16,094 nt of DNA, from contig JAWBON010000027.1 of the NCBI GenBank assembly GCA_038826135.1, positions 1-16,094 of the forward strand, read 5' to 3'. The stretch is from Candidatus Odinarchaeota archaeon. GTDB taxonomy: Archaea; Asgardarchaeota; Odinarchaeia; Odinarchaeales; Odinarchaeaceae. The notes beneath the pieces are model-generated. The model had not been told where the DNA came from and did not search any database. It saw only the letters and a list, made by a program, of their open reading frames with translations. The translations under genes and the position numbers were made by a program. Positions 7,718 to 14,783 of this stretch are shown here, piece after piece (positions within the stretch are counted from its first letter, which is position 1; each line of letters starts with the position of its first letter).

Positions 7718-9164
7718 CTATCTGCTTATTGATAATCTTATTCAAATAAGATGTAAATGTATCCTCGCTGCCTATAGGTATCTCAGCTCCGGCTGCTATA
7801 TCGTGACCTCCAGCCTCAACTGTCTTCAATCCCATTTCTGTAACAGCAGTTTTTAAAGCATGGTTTAAATTTAATCCTTTTTTAACAAGCTCGTCGGTGC
7901 CTCTAACCGAAACCTTAACCCCATCACCCTCACTCTTATAAGCGAAGCATAAAAGCACTTTGTTTGCAGTTTGCGAGATAATCCTAGAATATATTGAGGC
8001 AATAGTGGCGATCATCCTATCGTCTATAACATCCTCGCCGTGGATTATTTTCAACCATTCGATCTCTCTTATCCTACCGGGCTCTCTCAGCCAGGCTATA
8101 TACTTTGAAATCCTCTGCCTGTACTCGTTGATAACATTCTGCGCTTCTGTAATTGATGTAGACCGGTCTCCTAAACAAAGTGATATCGCTAACCCAGTGT
8201 ATCCTAACCTACCGCAAGCGTTGAGCGTGTACGCGTATTCTCTTATATCTCTAAGAAAAGAACCCTCCTCCTCTTCTGTGATAATATATTTCGTCCCTAT
8301 TAACTGCTCGGCAATTTTAGTGTCAAACCCTAACTGCAACATATAAGTGACTAAAGAACTGTATAATTTTACTTTTTCATCCTGAGTTAAGTCGGATAGG
8401 GTTCTCCAATCAGAGTCTTTTTTTAAAGGGATTTTTAGATTAGTTAAGAACGCTATACACTTATCTTCTTCACCAGTCAAACCCTCTATAAAAGGGTCAC
8501 TAGTATATTTAAGCGCCAGATGTATTGGGCGTGTCTCCGACCCGAAGAGGAGAATGTCCTTGACAACTTTCACAAGCCCTTCTTTAACAGCGTCGTTAAG
8601 TACAATATCGTTATTTACACCTGTAAAAGAGCGTTGCGGCCCCTTATCTTGAACATCACCGACAGCTCCCACTAAAGCAATAGGGGATAAGTCGATGTTT
8701 CTATGATTTAAAGCCTTAGCTAAAATATAGCTTGTACCTGAACCGCTAATCTCACTGGACCCGTTTAAACCATAGTAGTGAGGGTTTAATTCTAGTATTT
8801 TTTCAGAATCCTGATGTTGCACGGTTTCATGATGGTCCACTATGAAAACGATTGCTTTATCTTTCAAAACTCTAGAAATATTATCTATCTGGCCGCTTCC
8901 CATATCCAGAAAAACATAGATTTTATTTTCAGCGTCTTTCTCTAATGATTTAATCTCGTTTAATCCTAGTTTCTTAACTATCCTCGCGCAGAATCTGGCA
9001 TTTTCCCGTGCAAGAGCTTTTACAATTATACTAGCAGCTGATATTCCATCAGCATCTATGTGAGATATTACCGTTATATGCTTGTTTTCGCTGATAAACT
9101 CTCTAAGCCACCCAGCTATTTCATCCGCTTTTTTCAGTAAACTAGAATATCTATTATTAGACAT
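7689..9164 (-). CDS. RecJ/Cdc45-like DHH-DHHA1 nuclease (GAN-type)
   Basis: DHH motifs SHIDADG, FLDMGSG, IVDHH and GAVGD; DHHA1 motifs KVSVRG and AGGHDIAAGA. It lies between rps15 and pcc1, the position of GAN in Thermococcales. Confidence 0.88.
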   Translation of the reverse strand: MSNNRYSSLLKKADEIAGWLREFISENKHITVISHIDADGISAASIIVKALARENARFCARIVKKLGLNEIKSLEKDAENKIYVFLDMGSGQIDNISRVLKDKAIVFIVDHHETVQHQDSEKILELNPHYYGLNGSSEISGSGTSYILAKALNHRNIDLSPIALVGAVGDVQDKGPQRSFTGVNNDIVLNDAVKEGLVKVVKDILLFGSETRPIHLALKYTSDPFIEGLTGEEDKCIAFLTNLKIPLKKDSDWRTLSDLTQDEKVKLYSSLVTYMLQLGFDTKIAEQLIGTKYIITEEEEGSFLRDIREYAYTLNACGRLGYTGLAISLCLGDRSTSITEAQNVINEYRQRISKYIAWLREPGRIREIEWLKIIHGEDVIDDRMIATIASIYSRIISQTANKVLLCFAYKSEGDGVKVSVRGTDELVKKGLNLNHALKTAVTEMGLKTVEAGGHDIAAGAEIPIGSEDTFTSYLNKIINKQIGGEQIVERG

Positions 9165-9198
9165 ACCGCTTTTAAACCATTAAAATTATTTAAAGGCG

Positions 9199-9654
9199 TT
9201 AGCGAATAACCATCGCTTTATCCATAGACGTATACTTCCAGTTAGCTGGAAGCATATTCTTACTCTTATAGTATTCTGTTAACCTGCGTATTTTACTTTC
9301 AATTAATTGTAATCCTCGTTTAGAGTGAAAGTCTTTAGGATGCTCTTCTAAATGTGTTTTTAAGCCTTGAGCTTTTCTAATCAAGTTAGATAAGTCTTCA
9401 GGAAACTGCGGTGCTAAACCCTTCTCCCTCAGTATTTGTGTAATCTTCTTATTAGCTATATTCTTGGTTAATGGAATACCGTGCTGGTCTCTTAAAATTA
9501 AACCGATTTTAGAGGCGGTTTCACCGCTTCTGGCGTATTTAACTATAAGCGCCTCAACCTCCTCAGATGTTCTAGTACACCATTCCGGTGCTTTTTTAAG
9601 AGGCGGTCTTACTGATTTAGATTTACCACGCCTTTTAGAATGCATTCTCGCCAT
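9199..9654 (-). CDS. rps15: 30S ribosomal protein S15 (uS15/S13e)
   Basis: [50 protein letters not shown] and LPANWKY. Confidence 0.97.
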   Translation of the reverse strand: MARMHSKRRGKSKSVRPPLKKAPEWCTRTSEEVEALIVKYARSGETASKIGLILRDQHGIPLTKNIANKKITQILREKGLAPQFPEDLSNLIRKAQGLKTHLEEHPKDFHSKRGLQLIESKIRRLTEYYKSKNMLPANWKYTSMDKAMVIR

Positions 9655-9699
9655 ATTTATTCACCGAATCAGAGATAAGATATAATTCAAACAATCTTT

Positions 9700-10257
9700 T
9701 TAAACTTTTCTCAGAAATTCACCTAATATTCTAAGCGCCTTAGATCTATGGGATAATCTGTTTTTCTCCGGCAGCGTCATCTCAGCGTATGTTCGGCCAT
9801 CTCCTTCAGACGGTATGAATATAGGGTCGTAACCCCATCCTGTTCCTCTAATATTTCGGGCGATCACCCCCTCCGTCTCCCCTGTGATTATCTTTAACAT
9901 GTTATCAGTGTCTTTGAAAGCTATTACAGTTTTAAAAACAGCGCTCCTATCCGTCTCCCCCTTCATTAATTTTATTATTCCCCCGTTACCTATCGTCTTA
10001 AACACGTATGATGAGAATGGGCCTGGAAAACCGTTTAAACGGGTTATGAATAATCCTGTATCTTCAACGAAAACAGGCTGTTTAAAATCTTTAGTTATCT
10101 GGTTTAGACTATAAGAGGCTATCTCCTTTAAATCTGGTGACTGGATTTCTATTCTTTGAATATTTAAATGAGCTAACTCCACACCGTATTCTGCTAGAAT
10201 CATTTTGGCTTCTTCAACCTTGTGTACGTTTCCTGTTGCGAAATAAATTTTACACAT
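9700..10257 (-). CDS. rdgB: XTP/dITP diphosphatase (RdgB/HAM1 family)
   Basis: FATGNVHKVEE, EIQS, VEDTGL, GFPGPFS, GWGYDPIF and KNRLSHR motifs. Confidence 0.95.
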   Translation of the reverse strand: MCKIYFATGNVHKVEEAKMILAEYGVELAHLNIQRIEIQSPDLKEIASYSLNQITKDFKQPVFVEDTGLFITRLNGFPGPFSSYVFKTIGNGGIIKLMKGETDRSAVFKTVIAFKDTDNMLKIITGETEGVIARNIRGTGWGYDPIFIPSEGDGRTYAEMTLPEKNRLSHRSKALRILGEFLRKV

Positions 10258-10262
10258 TATAT

Positions 10263-10895
10263 TTACCCTCTATCAGAGATGTAGCGTCCCCTTTTCTCTA
10301 TTATAATTATTCTTCTTATAACATCTTCAGCTTCACTCCCAGCGGTCTCCTTGTACCCTTCTAATATATCTCTGAAACTTTTCGAAGCTACCCTGAAATG
10401 CGTGCTCTCTAAAGCTCTCTTCATTAAATGCAAATCAACGCCTTTGCTTTCAACATCTGTTGAATGCTCGCATAATCCGAAATCAATGAAGTAAATATTG
10501 CCGTTACTCGTCAAAAGAATATTTGAAGTAGTTAAATCACCGTGAATTAAACCATTCCTGTGCAGTAAGCCGATCATATTTCCTATGCGCTTATTTAACA
10601 CGCGTCTTTCAACCTCATTCAGCTTCTCTAATATATTTTTCACTTTAACCCCTTCAATATACTCGTATATGATACGCGTGTTCTTCAAATCCACATCGTA
10701 CACAATCGGTGTGGGAACCCCCACCGCTCTAGCCTCATTCATCATCCTAGCTTCGAGTATAGTCCTATATGTTCTAAGCTTAGAGTCTAGGGTGGGGTGA
10801 CGGTAATTTTTTTTAACCCTCTCTTTTATAATAACATCAAAACCATACCATTTACTTTTATAAAGACAAGCTTCAGCTCCTTTAGCTATCAGCAT
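10263..10895 (-). CDS. bud32: KEOPS kinase/ATPase Bud32 (PRPK)
   Basis: KGAEA, IIKERVKKNYRHP.LD, LIHGDLTTSN, IDFGL and GVDLHL. Confidence 0.96.
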   Translation of the reverse strand: MLIAKGAEACLYKSKWYGFDVIIKERVKKNYRHPTLDSKLRTYRTILEARMMNEARAVGVPTPIVYDVDLKNTRIIYEYIEGVKVKNILEKLNEVERRVLNKRIGNMIGLLHRNGLIHGDLTTSNILLTSNGNIYFIDFGLCEHSTDVESKGVDLHLMKRALESTHFRVASKSFRDILEGYKETAGSEAEDVIRRIIIIEKRGRYISDRG

Positions 10896-10901
10896 CTAAA
10901 T

Positions 10902-11905
10902 CTATCTCCAAGGTATGTCTATTTCGTCAAGTCTCCATTTAGGGCGAATATGGCTCTCAGAGATCGGTGTGGTTTTACCGGACTTCATGTAAAGCATACC
11001 CGTCCAAGCGATCATTAAACCGTTATCACCCGAATACTCTCTAGGAACCACTTGGAAATTAGCATCATGCTCCTCAGATATTATTTTAATCATCTGTTGA
11101 AGTCTTTTATTAGCCGCCACACCCCCTGTTAACAGAACATCCTTTTTCTCCGTGTGAGCTAAAGCTCTCTCCGTAACCTCAGCTAGCATTGCGAAAGCTG
11201 TTTCCTGGATACTGTAACATAAATCCTCTATTTTATATTTTTTAACCATACTTGATATCGCTGTAAGAAGCCCTGAGTAAGATAGATCCATTCCCTTAAC
11301 TATGTAAGGTAAATCTATCAGCACCCTGCCTTTTTCAGCGTAAGCTTCTATCTTAGGCCCACCAGGGTGTTTAAAACCCATTAACCTGGAGAAACTGTCT
11401 AGAAGATTTCCTATGGCAAGATCCAAGGTTTCGCCGAAAACCCTGTATCTACCAGAATCGAAAGCTGCGACAATTGTATTACCGCCTGAAACATATAATG
11501 TCAGCGGGTCTTCTGTATTCGTAGACCTCCTCCCTATCTCTATATGAGCTATACAGTGATTTACACCTATAAGAGGTATCTTCAACATCATTGATAACGT
11601 CCTAGCTATTATAGCCCCCGCCCTCAGACAAGGCCCTTTAAGCGCTTAAATTAGATTTAAGCTAAACCCGGGCCTTGAGAGAATGCTACAAAATCGAAAT
11701 CTGAAAGATCTAGTTTACCGCTTTTAAGAGCCTCCCTTATAGCTTTATCAGCATTTTCAAGATGATGCTGCACCGCCTCTCTTGGATGTATCCCACCGGT
11801 TACTGGAATATAGGTTTTCTGAATGTTCACTGTTCTCTTAAAATCTTCATCAGTGACCCCTACACCGAACGTGTGAGCGGTAGCTTCAATACCTAATCCG
11901 AGCAT
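10902..11905 (-). CDS. kae1: tRNA t6A37 threonylcarbamoyltransferase Kae1, predicted spliced: exon 1 11905-11664, exon 2 11637-10902, 325 aa
   Basis: Exon 1: MLGLGIEATAHTFG, GGIHPREA..HH, AFSQGPG. Exon 2: GPCLR, GVNHCIAHIE, LYVSGGNT, GETLD.A.GN.LD, GGVAAN, DNGLMIA. 242 + 736 = 978 nt = 326 codons. ATG 11905 is preceded by a GGAGTG SD-like site; ATG 11920 is an alternative start. Confidence 0.93.
11638..11663 (-). other. 26-nt bulge-helix-bulge (tRNA-type) intron in kae1
   Basis: mRNA sense: CAAGGCCC-GGGU-UU|A-GCUUAAAU-CUA-AUUUAAGC-GCUU-AA|A-GGGCCUUG. This gives an 8-bp exon helix, a 4-bp central helix, two 3-nt bulges and an 8-bp intron helix. Cutting after the 2nd nt of each bulge restores GGU-UUA-GGG (G-L-G). 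Confidence 0.9.
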
Positions 11906-11944
11906 TAAATCACACTCCATCTCATAAAACCATCTGCTTAACAC

Positions 11945-12101
11945 TAAGAGGTTGCGATAATATTTAAGGTTGGATTAACAATTTAATTTTTGGGATGATT
12001 ACTAGTTTAAAGATAATATTATATAGGTTTAAAATAAAATATTTGAATAATAATTCACTGAATTGTAATAAAAGACTATTTAAAAATAAGCAGGGAAGAT
12101 T
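11945..12101. promoter_or_regulatory. AT-rich divergent promoter region between the kae1 operon and the GTPase pair
   Basis: Divergent gene starts flank it, and TATA-like elements occur on both strands (TTAAATA minus strand near 11960-11967; TTATATAG plus strand near 12019-12026). Confidence 0.45.
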
Positions 12102-12617
12102 ATGGCTGCATATAAGTTTAAAATAGCGTTAGTCGGGGACGGCGCTGTTGGGAAAACCTCTCTGATCATAAAATTTGTTGAAAACATGTTTAAACACGAA
12201 TATAAGTCAACGATCGGTGTAGACATTTTCACCAAGTCTGTTACAATAGATAAGAATGATGTGTTAATGACTCTCTGGGATATAGCCGGTCAAGAAAGAT
12301 TTAAAGTAATCAGGAAAGGTTTTTTCGACGGTGCTGCTGGAGCTATAATAGTCTACGATATTACTAGAAAGGAAACATTTGAAAATGTAGATGCCTGGTT
12401 GAAAGAAGTTGAAGAGTTCACAGGGCCAGTACCTATGATTATATGCGGTAATAAAATAGATCTAGCTGATAAACGTCAAGTTTCAACCAAGCAGGGAAGC
12501 AGCTACGCTAATAAGCTTAAGAAAACATTTATAGAGACTAGTGCTAAGACTGGTGAAAACGTTGAAAACGCTTTCGTCGAACTGTGTAGTGAAATACTGT
12601 CTGCACGGAAAAAATAA
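12102..12617 (+). CDS. Rab-like small GTPase A (Ras superfamily, eukaryotic-signature protein)
   Basis: G1 GDGAVGKT, G2 YKSTIGVD, G3 WDIAGQERF, G4 GNKID, G5 ETSAK; Rab-type IVYDIT; no C-terminal cysteine motif. Confidence 0.93.
   Translation: MAAYKFKIALVGDGAVGKTSLIIKFVENMFKHEYKSTIGVDIFTKSVTIDKNDVLMTLWDIAGQERFKVIRKGFFDGAAGAIIVYDITRKETFENVDAWLKEVEEFTGPVPMIICGNKIDLADKRQVSTKQGSSYANKLKKTFIETSAKTGENVENAFVELCSEILSARKK
12535..12574 (+). repeat. 40-nt direct repeat, copy 1 (G5 region of GTPase A)
   Basis: AGACTAGTGCTAAGACTGGTGAAAACGTTGAAAACGCTTT; 39/40 identical to 13092-13131. Confidence 0.9.
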
Positions 12618-12634
12618 GTCTGCTGGTGAGATTG

Positions 12635-13312
12635 ATGTCATCTGCGACTGGTGTTGAAACACATTTCGTGTTCAAAGTACTCTTACTAGGCGATGGCGCT
12701 GTCGGCAAAACATCGCTTATCTCCATGTTCACAAAAGGCTTCATAAAACAGGACTATAAAATGACGATCGGCGTCGATATAATGGCTAAAACCGTGAGAG
12801 TTGACGATAAGATAGCTAAACTCTCAATATGGGATTTAGCTGGGCAGCAACGGTTTAAAGCTATAAGAAGTGCTTTTTACGGCGGTGTAGCTGGAGCGCT
12901 GCTTGTATTCGATTTAACTAGGGCTTTAACGTTTAAGAATTTAATAAACTGGCTTCAAGAACTCTACCAGTACGGCAACCCTGAATGCCCGACCATCCTC
13001 ATAGGTAATAAATCCGATTTAGCCGAGCTGAGAGATGTTCGACAAGAAGACATAGACTGGTTTGTATCCGAGATCGGTAGCGAATACATACAGACTAGTG
13101 CTAAGACTGGTGACAACGTTGAAAACGCTTTTATAAGTTTAACTAGGAAAATGATTGAGAAATCAATGGGTAAAAAAATAAAAGTTGTTAAAAGTCAGGA
13201 TGAAGGTAAATATTACACATCTGTTGAAACCAACAACAAGGAGTCAACCTCTAAAACTGAACAGCCGAGTTCAAATCAAAAAAATATTTTAAACCAAGGC
13301 TCCAATCCGTAA
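12635..13312 (+). CDS. Rab-like small GTPase B with a ~50-aa polar C-terminal tail
   Basis: G1 GDGAVGKT, G2 YKMTIGVD, G3 WDLAGQQRF, G4 GNKSD, G5 QTSAK; LVFDLT. ATG 12635 is preferred over GTG 12626 because of the GGTGAG SD at 12625-12630. Confidence 0.92.
   Translation: MSSATGVETHFVFKVLLLGDGAVGKTSLISMFTKGFIKQDYKMTIGVDIMAKTVRVDDKIAKLSIWDLAGQQRFKAIRSAFYGGVAGALLVFDLTRALTFKNLINWLQELYQYGNPECPTILIGNKSDLAELRDVRQEDIDWFVSEIGSEYIQTSAKTGDNVENAFISLTRKMIEKSMGKKIKVVKSQDEGKYYTSVETNNKESTSKTEQPSSNQKNILNQGSNP
13092..13131 (+). repeat. 40-nt direct repeat, copy 2 (G5 region of GTPase B)
   Basis: AGACTAGTGCTAAGACTGGTGACAACGTTGAAAACGCTTT; single mismatch (C13114 vs A12557). Confidence 0.9.
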
Positions 13313-13418
13313 CCTAGAAAGTTTTCAATTTACAATCACAGTTAATTTATATCCTGTTATATAAATTTGTTAATTAAATATTAAATTACTCTAAACCACC
13401 ATAGCGTTGTGATATTGG

Positions 13419-14693
13419 TTGAAAGCGGTTGTTTTAGCTGCTGGTAAAGGTAAACGTCTCCAACCGTTAACGCTAACTAGACCTAAACACCTTCTCTTTG
13501 TCGGCGGGAGACCTATCCTAGGTCATATACTAGCAGCCGTTGAATCCGCTGGTATAAAAGAGGCGCTGATAGTTGTTAAACACATGAAGGAGAAAATAAT
13601 TGAATGGTGTTCAAAAAATAATTTTAATCTTAAAATAGAATTCGCAGAACAATCTGATTTTCTCGGAACAGCTCACGCGATATCAGTTGCAGAAGACTTC
13701 ACCCGCGGGGAGTCTTTTATAGTTGTTAACGGTGACGTGCTCACCAACCCCTTAGAGATTCAAGGAATAGTTCACGCTCATAAATCCGCTAAACCATTCT
13801 GTACACTAGGTGTTAAAAAAGTTGAAAACCCGTGTCAGTATGGTATTGTAAGTGTTAAAAACGGTTTAGTTGAAAGTGTTATCGAAAAACCATCCCCTTC
13901 AGAAACACTCTCTAATCTTATAAGCACTGGAATAATGTGCTTTGAAAGCAGTGTATTCGATATTATACGGCAGACCCCTATTTCAAAGAGAGGCGAATAC
14001 GAGATAACAACCACGCTGAAACTAGCTATCTCCGATTCTAGAAAAATTATACCCTACGAGATCAGTTCATGGTGGATTGACATCGGACGGCCTTGGGATC
14101 TTTTAGAAGCGAACCGCTATCTCATATCTGAAGCACCCGCCTCAAATACAGGAGTCGTTGAGGAAAACGCTCATCTAAAAGGTAAAGTCATAGTGGGTAA
14201 AGACGCGGTCATCCGCTCCGGCGCTTATATTGAAGGCCCAGTCATGATAGATGAGGGAGCTGACATCGGCCCTAACTGTTATATTCGCCCAGTCACGTAT
14301 ATAGGTAAACACGTGAGAATCGGTAACGCTTGCGAGATTAAAAACAGCATTATACTAGATGGAACCCATATAGGGCATTTATCCTATGTCGGTGACAGTA
14401 TTATAGGCTCCGATGTGAATTTCGGCGCGGGTACAAAGATCGCTAATCTAAGATTTGATAATAAAACAGTTTACATGGACATTAACGGTGTGAAAACAGA
14501 CTCAACTCTCAGAAAACTCGGCGCAGTTATAGGTGACAGGGTTAAAACAGGTATCGGTGTTAACATTATGCCAGGTGTTAAAATAGGTTCAGGCAGCGCT
14601 ATAGCCCCTAATATAACAGTGTGGTGCGATATTCCCCCAAATAAACTAGTAAATGTTAAATTAGATTACAGTTTCCGTGACTGGAACATGTGA
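13419..14693 (+). CDS. glmU: Bifunctional sugar-1-phosphate nucleotidylyltransferase/acetyltransferase (archaeal GlmU type)
   Basis: MKAVVLAAGKGKRLQPLT..RPK, LGTAHA, VNGD, EKP, RGEYEIT and WIDIGRPWDLL; C-terminal hexapeptide repeats (HLSYVGDSIIG, NFGAGT, RKLGAVIGD). Confidence 0.9.
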   Translation: MKAVVLAAGKGKRLQPLTLTRPKHLLFVGGRPILGHILAAVESAGIKEALIVVKHMKEKIIEWCSKNNFNLKIEFAEQSDFLGTAHAISVAEDFTRGESFIVVNGDVLTNPLEIQGIVHAHKSAKPFCTLGVKKVENPCQYGIVSVKNGLVESVIEKPSPSETLSNLISTGIMCFESSVFDIIRQTPISKRGEYEITTTLKLAISDSRKIIPYEISSWWIDIGRPWDLLEANRYLISEAPASNTGVVEENAHLKGKVIVGKDAVIRSGAYIEGPVMIDEGADIGPNCYIRPVTYIGKHVRIGNACEIKNSIILDGTHIGHLSYVGDSIIGSDVNFGAGTKIANLRFDNKTVYMDINGVKTDSTLRKLGAVIGDRVKTGIGVNIMPGVKIGSGSAIAPNITVWCDIPPNKLVNVKLDYSFRDWNM

Positions 14694-14783
14694 ACTAGCT
14701 AAACCGGTATTCTATCATGAAAGCGATTAGAACAGTGTTATTATTTAAACCACGCAGACCACTAATTTGCGGAGGTCCCCTTC

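Noticed and set aside
11637-11662. CUUAA within the intron as a tRNA-Lys anticodon mimic for Kae1 feedback
   Set aside because: The first copy is buried in a stem and the spliced loop has U rather than A at the position equivalent to 37; there is no tRNA-like body. Too speculative.
11663-11669. Programmed -1 frameshift at G GGU UUA (fits X XXY YYZ and is followed by a hairpin)
   Set aside because: The -1 frame reads AGC UUA AAU CUA AUU UAA and stops at 11648-11646, before exon 2, so slippage alone cannot give full-length Kae1.
10902-11944. kae1 as a frameshifted pseudogene or sequencing error
   Set aside because: Both halves keep all catalytic motifs. The extra 26 nt form a complete BHB whose canonical cuts restore the motif exactly, which a random indel is unlikely to do.
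11906-11944. Track start of the kae1 5' ORF at 11944 (MLSRWFYE...)
   Set aside because: Kae1 homology begins at MLGLGIE (ATG 11905), which has an SD-like site; the extension is probably not translated.
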